This document shows positions 26,676-39,917 of a DNA stretch of 64,000 nucleotides, in pieces; the first letter of the stretch is position 1; each line of letters begins with the position of its first letter. Origin of the DNA: Octopus sinensis (Eukaryota); contig NC_043004.1 in assembly GCF_006345805.1 (NCBI RefSeq), positions 66,526,001-66,590,000 of the forward strand. The letters are read 5' to 3'. The notes beneath the pieces are model-generated. The model saw only the letters and a list, made by a program, of their open reading frames with translations. It had not been told where the DNA came from and ran no database searches. Both the position numbers and the translations under genes were made by a program.

Positions 26676-27928
26676 AAAGGAATTCCGTTGGAAAAACAAA
26701 AACAGAACAGAGGCGGAGCAAAAACCAATCGAATCGAACTATCTCTAAGAGCCCTGGCGAAACTGTTATCAGTGTATGTTGAGAACCGGTGGCTGAAGAA
26801 TTCAACAGGTCAGGCATCGGTCAAACATGTGGGTGAGGGTGTATAGATGTTCTTTCTGTGACCGAGAATAAAGTTCTGACTATTTAAAGAATATTGGATG
26901 TTTTATAAGGGGCGAGAAAAATCTACTTAGAGACGTGTGTGTGTGTATACTGTTCTATATATGTGTGTTTGGCGTAGGGTAGAAAACATTTTTTGTGTAC
27001 GTGTGTGCGTTTGAATCGTTCGGCTGTCAGTGGCTACTGCCGTGATAAACGTGGGTGGCAGAAGAAAAAAAATAAAGAAAATTATATATATATATTTTAA
27101 TGTTTTATGTGTGGTGTGTGTGTGTTCATCTAAGCCTACCTTGACAAGGAAAAACCCCCGCTGTGAAAAAACAAGCCCCGTTTGTCTTACAGGAGTAATT
27201 TCCCTTGCAGTGGTTAATTGTAGATATCTTAAAATCTATTTCAGAATTTGTTACCAAGGGCTATGGGTGCCGTCTTATTTATAACGCTATTTAAAGGCCA
27301 GATAAGTGTAACGCCGCCAATGGGGGCATCGAAAAGCCGACTGTAAGAGCCCGTTTACCATCCGGCCTCTCTGGCAAACAAAATATGGAAAGTTGGAGAC
27401 ACAAAGGTTGCAAAGGTTGCACTGTCTTCTGCCCCTTATCAAATGGGAGGGCCACCGACAAAATTGACCATTCCAGCCTATAGCTTAAGTTCGCACACAT
27501 AAAAACATAAAATATATATATATAATTTCTTTATTTTTTTTCTTTCTGCCACCCAACGGTTATCACGGCAGTAGCCACTGACAGCCGAACGATCAAACGC
27601 ACACACGTACACAAAAATGTTTTCTACCACTACGCCAACACACACATATATAGAACAGTATACACACACACACGTCTCTAAGTAGATTTTTTCTCGCCCT
27701 TATAAAACATCCAATATCTTTAAATAGTCAGAACTTTATTCTCGGTCACAAAGAACATCTTATACACCCTCACCCACATGTTTGACCGATGCCTGACCTG
27801 TTGAATTCTTCAGCACCGGTTCTCAACATACACTGATAAACAGTTTCGCCATGGGCTCTTAGGAGCATAGTTCGATTTGGTTTTTGCTCCGCCTCTGTTC
27901 TGTTTTTGTTTTCCAACGGATTTCCTTT

Positions 27929-28016
27929 TTTCTTCCTGAAGAGAAGACACAATATGGTCCCATTATTCAATCGGATTTTGGTAATTTGTGCCTTTCGAAA
28001 CACGTGTAGAATGAAA
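27929..28016 (+). ncRNA. Minimal type I hammerhead ribozyme (right arm)
   Basis: CTGAAGA 27936-27942, GAAA 27997-28000, loop ACGT, GUA 28006-28008; stem I TTTC-TTC/GAA-T-GAAA. Confidence 0.8.
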
Positions 28017-28236
28017 TAAACGATTTCTGTTCAATCTGCGTTCAGCTCCATTTTCTTCTTCATTCACAATAATGTTTTAATTTCAATTATCCGCACCAAC
28101 GCACGGTTGCAACGCCAGATGGTTGTACTCCACCGTGCTGTTCACTGCTGTGATTTTTGCTACTAAGGTATCGGTAAACTTTGATTAATCTACTACAAGA
28201 TTATTCATCTTTCTATTTCACATAATTATATATATA

Positions 28237-28290
<54 letters not shown>

Positions 28291-28297
28291 TATTTAC

Positions 28298-28625
28298 GGG
28301 TGCAGGCATGGCTTGTTTACCAACCACGTAGGTCTGGGGTCAATCACACTGCATGGCACCTCGGGCCAAACAAAGCCTTGTGATTTGGTAGACGGCAGCA
28401 GAAAGAAACATGTTGTATATGTATATGTGTGTCTGTGTTTGTCCCTCACCATCGCTTTATAACCGACGGTGATGTGCTTAAGTTCCCGTAATGTAATGGT
28501 TCAATAAATGACACCGATAGAATAACACTAGGCTTACGAAGAATAAGTCCTGGGTCGATTTGCTCTACTAAAGGCGGGGCTCCAGCATGACCGCATTAAA
28601 TGACTGAAAGAGTAAAAGGCTGAAA
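28298..28625 (+). mobile_element. SINE family A, decayed
   Basis: caggcatggc...accaaccac...ggcacc...caaagccttgtga...aaaggcggggctccagcatg...aaatgactgaaa. Confidence 0.75.
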
Positions 28626-29249
28626 GAATATGCAAGCACAAAGACGCACACACACGCACACACACATACATGGAATATATATACATACATATATATATAC
28701 ATATACTTATATACATAGTTACATACATGCACACTCGTATTTATATATATATATATATATTATATATATATATATATGCACAAGTAGACAGACGCGCGCA
28801 CGCACATACACATATATACTCACGCACACACATACACATGAATATTGATGCCTAGAAATAGACGATCCCATGAGTATTGTCGAAATTAACTCACGCGGTT
28901 TATGTATCTCAGCGATAATGTCTAAATATGAAGCACATTAACATGATTATCACCATGGTTCGGGAGCAGGAATTGAAAAGAGCATCCCAAGATAAAAGCA
29001 AGTAAAATGTTATGTAAAACGAAAGAGCTCATATACTTAGTCGAGGCATTAATGGATTGACACCTTAGACCGCACTGTTTTTGCGCAGAGACCATTTCAT
29101 AATTGGATATCGTTATATCGTACATATACGAAAAATCATACAAATATCAAATTATATATATATATTATATTATATATATATATATATATTATATATTAAT
29201 ATAAAATATATCTATATATATTATAAGATACTTGTGTGTCTGTGTGTCT

Positions 29250-29555
29250 GTGTTTGTGTGTACTCCCGGTTTCGGTTCTATTGTGTTGCACTTACGAAGC
29301 GTCTTCAACTACAGCCCTCGGACCGACCAAATCGCCACGAGTGGATTTGGAAAATATGTCTGTTTCTTTGTACGTTTGTTTGTTCCCCATCACTGCTTGA
29401 CAATCGGTGTTGGTGTGTTTATGCCCCTGCAATTTAGTGGTTATACGAAAGGATAATATTGAAAGGAAATTAGAACTCGGGTCGATTTATCCGCCTAAAA
29501 CTTTTCATGGTTTTGCCCTAGCTTGACCTTAGTTAGATGACTGAAGCAAGTAATA
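29250..29555 (+). mobile_element. SINE family A, old copy
   Basis: ...gtcttcaactacagccctcggaccgacc...gagtggatttgg...cttgacaatcggtgttggtgtgttt...gatgactgaagcaagtaa. Confidence 0.7.
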
Positions 29556-29599
29556 TACTTACACACACACACACACGCACACACACACACGCACACCCA

Positions 29600-29661
<62 letters not shown>

Positions 29662-30904
29662 TTATATGTAACCTGTAAAGAGAAATATAGAAGTTGGTTA
29701 TTTTGTCCCGAAATTACAAACGTGGGCACATACACACGGGCACACACACATAAACTCAGGCATACACACACACTCACGTATACTTATACATTATGTAGAC
29801 CAATACACAAAAACGACATTTTTATGAATGGCATAACTTGCCTGATAGCCTTCATAAACAATTCATAAATGACGATTGAGTTACTGCTGTACGTAACAAA
29901 GGGATAAAACAACCTAGCTATGTATGTCTAGTTATATTTAAGTGTAATTCAATCTCAGTGGTTGACATAATCCACCGACCTTTTCTTCACCAACATCTGG
30001 TTTTATGTGCGTTTAGCGGATGCAGCTTTGCTGCAAGAAGATAACCACGTGCCCAGTTTATAACAAAGCGTTCCTTGCCTCGAAGGTCATAGAGAAGCAA
30101 CGTGGTCAGAAGCCTTTCGCAATACGCCATAAAAATGCTAAGTAACGAATGCAATCTAGTGCCTTTAGACTTCGATAATATTTCTAGGCATACATAACAA
30201 TATAGATGTTTTGCTTGCTGACTCTAACAATGGATGAAGATAAACATGCGCATATCGATTTTTTTATATTAACAACGAGAAAAATATTGTGTTTGAGAAA
30301 AACAATTTCATACTGCCAGATAGATAGTGTGACACACTACAGGCGGTTAAACAAAATGACCTTGTATGGTTGGGATTGTAAGCCACACACGGCAACCGAT
30401 TGCAACGTTCTGTATGTTATACAGCATAACCGAATCCTTATGCAACCCTTTTATTTGGTCGTCTTCCAGGAAAATGCTACTACACAGACAACATATATGT
30501 GTATGTGTGTGTGTGCGTGTGTATGTATATGTGTATGTGTGTGTACGTATACGTTTATATATATATATATATGAATATATACATATATATATATATAATA
30601 TAATATGATATAATATAATACAATATATCTTATATATGCATGTGTATTTATGTTTGTGCATGTATATGCATATGTGTATTTATTTGAGCGACTGAGTATG
30701 TGTACATGCACGTGATTATGTGCTTGTGTGTGTGTATATATGTGTGTGTGTGTTCGTGTATGTGTATACATATATGCATACATACACGCACATACATAGA
30801 TACATACACGCACACATACATACATACATACTTGCATACATACATGCATACATATATACTTGCATACATACATACATACATACATACATACATACATACA
30901 TACA

Positions 30905-30938
<34 letters not shown>

Positions 30939-31854
30939 CATGCATGTATACATTGCTTCGAAATTAATATTCAATGATCGCGTCAAAGAATTTTAAATTG
31001 CAAATTAACTGATTATTTCTGCTTTGATTTTCTCCTTCCTTCACTCTGCTCAGTCGTTAAACTTCGATGCCATCCTGAAAGTGTTTACGCCATGCTGATT
31101 TAGATAAACTTGTTTACCAACTTAAAACATTCCTTGTGAGATTTCTCTTTTATTTGATCCTTCGAAATGAGTTATCAATAAAATCATTTTATAGCCTTGG
31201 TCAGGTGATGCGTGTCTCTTAGAATTTAATTTTGGAGTAGATGGATACTGCAGGAACAAATACATTTAAATATGTTACGTCTGACTTGAATTTTCATCGC
31301 CTTTTCTTCTTCAATATTAATGTGCTTCATGTCACCATTGATAGCAAAATTTTTAAACCGATTTTTCCATCATGTCATGGGAAATTTCTTTCTTAATAAA
31401 AACTATATGGGATTATGTAGTTAAAAATTCTGAATTATAGTCAATTCAAAAGCAATATTGATTTTCCTCATGATACGCATTCAGTGAAAAACCATTTCGT
31501 CCTTACAAAATAAATCTCCCAGGTTGAAACCATACAAACCCACCCCCTCACACATGTGTTCCGTACACATACGTACATACAGAAACATATGTATACACGC
31601 ATTCGTATTAGCAATCATAAAAGACATCGTCGTTGCACACGGACGCAAGTATATGTGTATGAGCTGTGTCTGTCTATATTTTCGCAAGTGTGAAATATAT
31701 CCTGTGGGAGCTAATTTGATTTGCATAAATCTTGATGCGACACACACACATGAACGCGCACGCACACTCACAGACAAAAATGTTTTCAGAGAGACGCACG
31801 TATGCACATACACACAGACAGCTTTCACCGCTCTATCTATCCATCTCTCACTCT

Positions 31855-31919
31855 CTCTCTCTCTCTCTCTATCTATCTTATATCTATCTATCTATCTATC
31901 TATCTCTATCTCTATCTAT

Positions 31920-31993
<74 letters not shown>

Positions 31994-32036
31994 CTCTCTC
32001 TCTCTCCCTCTCTCTCTATCTATCTATCTATCTCTA

Positions 32037-32067
<31 letters not shown>

Positions 32068-32120
32068 CTATCTATCTCTATCTATCTGTCTCTCTCTCTA
32101 TCTATCTATCTATCTATCTG

Positions 32121-32172
<52 letters not shown>

Positions 32173-32181
32173 GCTAGCTAG

Positions 32182-32227
<46 letters not shown>

Positions 32228-32256
32228 GTCTATCTATCTATATCTCTGCCTGTCTA

Positions 32257-32280
<24 letters not shown>
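31855..32280. repeat. (TATC)n/(TC)n/(TGTC)n compound microsatellite
   Basis: Direct reading; source of the YLSI ORFs. Confidence 0.95.
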
Positions 32281-32303
<23 letters not shown>

Positions 32304-32518
32304 AACTCTCTATCAGTCTACCTGTCGGCATTTCTATTCTTTTATATTTCTCTGTCTCTCGCTATATCTGTCCCTCTTTTTGTGTCTCTCTCTTCTCTCC
32401 ACCACTCCGTCTCTATATGTTTGCCTGCCTGCCTTTGTAAATGTATACATACATACTACATCCATACATACATACATACATACATACATAAATACATACA
32501 TACATATATATATCTATA

Positions 32519-32580
<62 letters not shown>

Positions 32581-33414
32581 TATGTGTGTGTCTGACTGTG
32601 GGTGTATAAAGTATGAGAGTAGACTCAGATACCGAGACCGGAAAACGAATAAGAACAAACTCAAAATACATTAAAATGTTTTAGTAAGAATATTGTGTAG
32701 CATTGAAGGAATATTAGCCACCTACTTTCACAAACAATATACCCAATTATGCCGTATTATGCTTTTCTGCTTTTTGTTTCTTATAAATATAAGGATGACC
32801 TGATTTACTCGAAATCATGTATTTGATGATTACTGTCTTTTGTTTCTCGAAGACGAACTGGATTTATTTTATAAAAGACAGTAATTATCTTCCAAGGAAT
32901 TAATATTGAATTAAACTGTTTTCTTAAGAAATCTACAAGTACGTGAGCAAAAGAAAAAAAAAATGAAAAGTTATTTAAAGAAAGAAATATACTAGTATGA
33001 AATGTTTTATGTAAACATACTCCTGTATCGATTCTGCCGACTGAGTCACTTACTTATACATATACACAATTAATTTAACATACATTCATGTATACACTTA
33101 TATATATATACATACACATATATATACATACACATACAGAGACGTATGATTACATGTGTGCGTGGTGAGTGTGTCTGTGTGTGTATTCGTGCCTGTGTTT
33201 ATATACATACATATAGATAGATACTCGCATATACGTAAAACTCATATATAAAAAAAACATTTCTTCTAAAATCTAACAATGAAGAAAACTTCGTGCATTT
33301 GGGCGTGTAATTTACATAAGTATAATTATAAAATACATGTAATCATCTAAGTAGTTAACAAACATTACATAAATCATTGATATCTGAGTATGATCGTTCT
33401 ATCAGCGGTTTTTC

Positions 33415-33782
33415 CTTTATTCTTTTATACTCATACAGATTTACTTGTGTCAGTCCTTAGCCTGCGGCCATGTTGTGTCACTGCCGCGAAGAATTTTTAG
33501 CCGAATGCATCGACACCAATAGTTTATTTTTAAAAGCCTGATATTTATTATATCGGAATATTTTACCGAACTTCTAAGTTACGGAGATGTAAACACACCG
33601 ACACCGTTTGTAAAGCGGTGGTGGAGGACACACACACACACACAAACGGTGAGTTGTTTCAGGTCCCATCTCCCCAAATCCACTGACAACATTTTGGTCG
33701 GCCTGAGGCTATAGTAGTAGACACCTGCCACGTTGCCACAGAACCATGTGGTTGGGAAGCGAGCTTATGACCACACGGCCAC
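33415..33782 (-). mobile_element. SINE family A, decayed
   Basis: Reverse-complement match including ccaaatccactgacaa...gaggctatagtag...gaaccatgtggttgggaag. Confidence 0.75.
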
Positions 33783-33879
33783 ACCTGTCGATGATTACAA
33801 CTTCTCTGTTTCACGAATCGAATTTGATTCCAAATATGAAGGTTCCTATGTTTAGTATATATTCTGTATTCTTTTACTT

Positions 33880-34100
33880 TTTCAGAGATTTCACTGCTGC
33901 CATGATGGGGAACCACCATGAAAGGTTTTAGTCGAACAAATCGTTCCCAGGACTTATTGTCTTAAAGCCTTGTACTTATCGTACTATTTTGCCGAATTGC
34001 TAAGTTGCGAGGACGTAAGCACATCAACGCCGGTTGTCAGTCGCTGCCAGTGTGAGGACAAAGATGGACACAAACAAAGACATACACGTTTAAATATACC

Positions 34101-34161
<61 letters not shown>

Positions 34162-34163
34162 TG

Positions 34164-34199
<36 letters not shown>

Positions 34200-34212
34200 T
34201 GTGTGTGTGTGT

Positions 34213-34251
<39 letters not shown>

Positions 34252-34390
34252 GACTGGCTTCCGTCAATCAACTGTACCCACAAGGCTTTGCTCAACCCGA
34301 GGTTATAGGAGAAGATATACGTCCAAAATGCCACGAAGTGGGACTGAAACCGGAACAAGTTTTTTATCACATAGCCACGTTTGCGCCTAT
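33880..34390 (-). mobile_element. SINE family A with expanded internal (TA)n
   Basis: Reverse-complement match to tail and head modules. Confidence 0.75.
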
Positions 34391-36285
34391 ATTGCTATAT
34401 TTTCATACTGATACCAATGACATTTTAAAATTACTTAAAGTCTCATTTCCTAATTAATTGTAGTAAAGTCTATAAGTATTTTTTGTTCTAAACATTTTTC
34501 ACTTACAAATGCTGCATGCAATGTCACGGAGAGAAACAATGCTATTCGGTTATGAAGATCGATTTCCATGCAGATGGTTCCAGCTGTGACTCCACTGAGA
34601 TACATACTGCTAAAATGCATTCTGCTGTCTGTATTTGATCGATAACTGATGACGAAATATTCATAGATATTGAAGCTGTGGGGATCTCCCTGCCTTTCTC
34701 AGACACACATGTATACATACAACGTCTCTCTTTTTAAAATGTATCAACTTAACGATTCTATTGTTAATGGTACTGATAAGAAAGAGCTACTACACTGAAA
34801 TTTGTGCTAGGGTTGATATAATTGACGAAAAGACGATTACGCTTGCTGCTCTAAAATGGACTTTATCATAGATCTAGCACAAAATTCTTTTCCATGATAC
34901 TATTCCTTTAATATCCAGAGTGAACGGACGGGATAAATTAAATAAATGTGTGGCAACTTGCTTCTGTTCTCTTTTTGTTTCTTTATTTTTAAAGTACTGT
35001 TCGTGTGTGTCTTGTGTTTAGAACACGTAACACAGGTAAGATGTCTACTATATGTAGTCATATGCTAAGCGTCTATTCATACAACACAAAACTAATATGT
35101 TTCAATCGATATCCGAATTTTCCGATACGTGGGAAGGCATAATCAGTTTGAATTTCTAATTTACTGGTTTTCCTATAAAATATTTCTGTTTTAGAAAATT
35201 AAAAAAAAAAGAATACTGGCAAAGATTTTTCGAGTAATTAAACATATTTTATCTCAAGTGTTTTTCACAGCTTAGTTGAATCTAAAGCCATATAATGTGT
35301 TCGAGTTATTATGCTGCTGTGTGCTTGTTAATACGACGAGATTCAGTAATCATTGAAGTCGCTGTAGGTGGTCTCTTTGAAAGACTGCATATCAAAAACT
35401 GTTAGTAAAAACTGGCGCTTACCGAACTCTCAGAGTGTTAAATTTGCTGGAAGAAAGTTAGGTTATATGGACTAGAGGGGTACAAAATATAAAATGTAGG
35501 AGACTAGTGAAGGATAAAATTGGGGAACGAAAGCGGAAGACAAAGTGTTGGGTAGTAGAGCAGGCTGATGTACGAGACAATATGTATATGAAATTAATTC
35601 AATAATTTCCTTTATAATAAAGATTATGTAACACGAATTTTTTACATGGTCTACAAGCATTTCTATTTTGTTTAACACACGACGGAAGTTCTGTTTCACG
35701 TGTCTGTGGATTATACTATTATGAATAAAATAATTTTGTTGACATGATAAAGAGAAATAAGAAGAGAAAAAAGCTTCTAATATTCATATTTAAGTTTTTA
35801 AAGAAATTTAATGCAGGAATTGATTTCAAGTTTAATATTTAAAACTTGCCAGACGATAATAAATATATGAATCCTAGTAAATATTGTATTACATACATAA
35901 ATTGGCAGAAGAGTTAAAGAAATGGCCAAAATACCATGCGACATACGTTATATTTTAGGGTCCAAATTCCATAGATGCTATGTTTGCCTTTCTCGAAGAT
36001 TCGATAACATTAAACACAATTCAAAAAAGGAATTGATTTAAACATTTTAAAGTTTTTCCATATTGTGTGTCAATGTTGAAAGTAAATTTAATTTAAGTCA
36101 TGAGACGGAGGACGGAAGAGAATTGCTACGGTTTTCAGTATGAATCTTTGAGGATGTACTTGTGAGAGTCACAAAACGAATGTATAATATCAATAAATTG
36201 CTTAATTCCTTTTAATAGTGTAATTTTAGAAAATACCCAAATACAAAATACAGTTTTGGTGTCAATGGCGTCGATAATATTGAGG

Positions 36286-36690
36286 CGTAGGAGTGGCTGT
36301 GTGGTAAGTAGCTTGCTTACCAACCACATGGTTCCGGGTTCAGTCCCACTGCGTGGCACCTTGGGCAAAAGATGTCTTCTACTATAACTTTGGGCCGACC
36401 AAAGCCTTGTGAGTGGATTTGGTCGCCGGTAACTGAAAGAAGCCCGTCGTATATATGTATATATCTATTTGTATGTAAGTGTGGGTATATGTTTGTGTGT
36501 TTGTATTTCTCCCCCAACATCGTTTAACAACCGATGCTGGTGTGTTTACGTCCGCGTAACTTAGCAGTTCGGCAATATGTGACGGTAGTATAAGTACTAG
36601 GCTTACAAAGAATAATTCCTATGGTCGATTGGCTCGACTAAAGGCGGTGATACAGCATGGCCGCAGTCAAATGACTGAAATGAGTTTAAA
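36286..36690 (+). mobile_element. SINE family A, full length
   Basis: Near-consensus head gtaggagtggctgtgtggtaagtagcttgcttaccaaccacatggttccgggttcagtcccactgcgtggcaccttgggcaa. Confidence 0.95.
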
Positions 36691-36816
36691 AAAAACAGAG
36701 TATACGCACAGCTTGCAGCAGCCCACAAAGACGTGACATAGAAACCAAATTATTTTCTTCGTAACTTTAACTTCGTTCAATCCAATTGCCGATGCATTCA
36801 TTGCTGTTGCATTCTG

Positions 36817-36898
<82 letters not shown>

Positions 36899-37016
36899 AA
36901 AATTTAAAAACAGGATAAAATCTTTTTTAAGAATTTATCAAGTGGTTAGCGTGAAAAACCTCAAAAGGGAACAATTTATTAATTATTCCTTTTAAATATA
37001 TTTATATATATATTAA

Positions 37017-37275
37017 GGGCATTACTATACATAAATGCCTCACCCTAGGGGGGGACTCTTAAATTCAAAACTACCATAATAAAACCCATTGCAGCGAACG
37101 CGATGGGATGCAACTCTCGAAGCGAGCCTTCTAAAACCAGATTCTTTTAAAAGCAGGTTTTGAAAGGCTTTCTTTGAGAGTTGCATTCCCTCGCGTTCGG
37201 TACAATGTGTTTATTATGGTAGTTTTGACTTTAAGAGTCCCTCGTAGCGTGAGGCATTTATGTATAGTAATGCTC
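37017..37275. mobile_element. Palindromic MITE with TTAA target duplication, Kolobok-like
   Basis: TTAA (37013-16)|GGGCATTACTATACATAAATGCCTCAC...GTGAGGCATTTATGTATAGTAATGCTC|TTAA (37276-79). The whole 259 bp folds back. Purine-purine termini fit Kolobok rather than piggyBac (CC). Confidence 0.8.
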
Positions 37276-37290
37276 TTAATGTATGTATGC

Positions 37291-37365
<75 letters not shown>

Positions 37366-38041
37366 CATGTGTGTGTGTGTATACATGTGTGTGTGTGTGG
37401 AGCAAATATTTATATTCTAGTATACAAATATTAAGGTATAAAATTCGTATCGGAAATCTAATAATTTCACATAACATCAAAAGGTTTAGAAAAGCAAGCA
37501 CCATCACCATCGAATGTGTAGTAACGCTGTTTTTCTGTATCATTAAAAGACTATATTTTTGGTCAAGCTACACATTTAATGTAATGCCCACCGTGATCTT
37601 GCTTCTGCCCTCATAAACAAAATATTTGTTGTAAGTTGCTAAATTTTACACATGCTATAGGATTCTGCCTCATCAAATATCACATAGTAACTACAAGTTT
37701 ATTGTCGAGAGACAGCTTTTCATCGCTCTGAAAATATTCACTCGCATGCAAGTAACCATTTGGTATTATATAAGAACGACAAACCTCTTATACTTCAGGT
37801 TTATTTCCATCAGAAAGAGAAGATTTTACTGAAGAAATGAGTTGAAAAGATTATGTTGCTTCTTCAATGATAAACTGTGGAATATGTGTGTGTGTGTGTG
37901 TGTGTAAGTGTGTGTGTAAGTGTGTGTGCTTAGGTTTAATAAACGCTATCGCTCTGCCCGCGCGGTTTATCCGAGTGTGCTTTCAACAAGTTTCCGAGTT
38001 CAATATGAAAAAAAATTACATACACACACACACACACACAT

Positions 38042-38090
<49 letters not shown>

Positions 38091-39734
38091 CAAATTTATA
38101 TATATATATTTAGTTATTTTATATATATATATATATAATATAACCACATATCTGTATTTGAATGTGTGTGAACCACGTGCATGTGTCATGTTTGTGTGTG
38201 TGTGTTTGGGTGTGTCTATGTGTGCGTGCATGTGCGTGTATATGTCTATGCATAGACTTATAGTGTAATTTCGTATTTGCCAGATTTCAGATGTACCATA
38301 TATAATAGTGCTTTGATTTAATTTAATATGAAATGGTTTAGCCTTGTGTTTGCGTTACCCATCTACTGATTACGAAAGTTTGCAAATATATTCAAGTCCA
38401 AACTACATTTTATATATTTGAATATAAATTGCAACAAGAGTAGAATATTTTACTTCAAAATTTGGATGGTTAACTTCAAATTTCTTAACACTAGTTAGAT
38501 GTTACACGAGCAGAGATTAGATGCACCATATTCCCAAGTACATCATCAATATTTCCCAACGTTAATTTGTTCGAAGGTTTAAGAAACCAACTTACTTAAT
38601 AAGACATTCATTATTGTACATACGCATTATTTTCGTAAGTTTTTATTAGTTTCATTAGAATGCATTTTAGAATACGTCATTTATCTTCTCCGATACGTGC
38701 CACTGAAACGAAAGATAATTTAATTTTGTGTATCTTTATGCTTTCAATAGGGATTTGTATTATTTATTCACTGGCAATTTAGCTCTAATTACGTAGTTTA
38801 AAGCATCAGTAATGAGATTTTCATTGCATTCTACTTTCCTTAATAGTTTGTTAAATGTATCTACTTCAGATTAACATTTTAGTTCTGCTCGTTGATTTCA
38901 GTATAGAGAAACATATGGTGTCTCACTTTAAATATTTAATGAACATTTGCAGCAATCATCTCTGCTCGTGTGCACTCACAATATAAGCTACCTATATATT
39001 CTGCTGAGATATGGCTGCAATTTCGTTTACTCAGATTTTTAGCCTTTTCCAAGAAAGTAATTATAATATATAATTTCGGTTTCTTTGACTCATCTAGCAT
39101 ATCATAGAATGTTTTTGAACGAGCTCTGTCATTAGGACGCGTAATTAGACTATAGACAATTTCTTTCTTAAAACTTCATCAGTTGCAAATTTAAGTAGAT
39201 AGAAATCACTATACTTTGGCGTGCTAATGAGTGATTATTGGTATATTACATCAGAGTTCAAATGTCAGAATATCTCCACGTATTGTATTGCTCTATAGAA
39301 AATAAGTTCTACAGTTCATCGGAAAAGCACAAACACATCAAAAAGAGTAAAGATAACGGCAAAAGCAACAATAACAACGTGAACAACAATTATTATTTTA
39401 GATTTTGGCAGTACGCCAGCAATTTAGACGGAAGTGTCTAGCCGATTATATCGAGCGACAGTTCTCAACCTGTTCTTTACTTTATTGAACACAAAATGAG
39501 GAAAGGTAACAAATGACATCGGTGTTATTTATACACAGAATGTAAAGAGCCCCAAGGAATACACCTAAGCATTTTCACCGACTCCCCTTACAATTCTGCT
39601 AGCTCACAGATTTAAAAGGAAGAACAGCAACTCCTACTACTGTTACTCCACCTCCCCTACTCCTCTTCACCCCCGTCGTCGTCGTCCTCCTCCTCCTAGC
39701 ACTACTACTATTACTACTAATAATAATAAAATGA

Positions 39735-39917
39735 AAGAAGAAGAAGAAGAAGAAGAAAAGAAGAAGAAGAAGAAGAAGAAGAAGAAGAAAGAAGAAGAAG
39801 AAGAGAAGAGAAGAAGAAAGAAGAAGAAGAAGAAGAAGAGAAGAAGAAGAAGAAGAAAAAGAAAAGAAGAAGAAGAAAAGAAGAGAAGAAGAAGAAGAAG
39901 AAAAGAGAGAAGAAGAA
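39735..39917. repeat. (AAG)n-rich microsatellite
   Basis: Direct reading. Confidence 0.95.

Larger units (their letters stand above)
26537..28068. mobile_element. 1.5-kb fold-back element: about 600-bp inverted arms around a 340-bp spacer, each arm with an outward-facing hammerhead
   Basis: 26537-27135 is the reverse complement of 27478-28068, differing mainly by 1-nt indels; the left edge abuts (TA)n; no RT or EN ORF. Confidence 0.85.
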
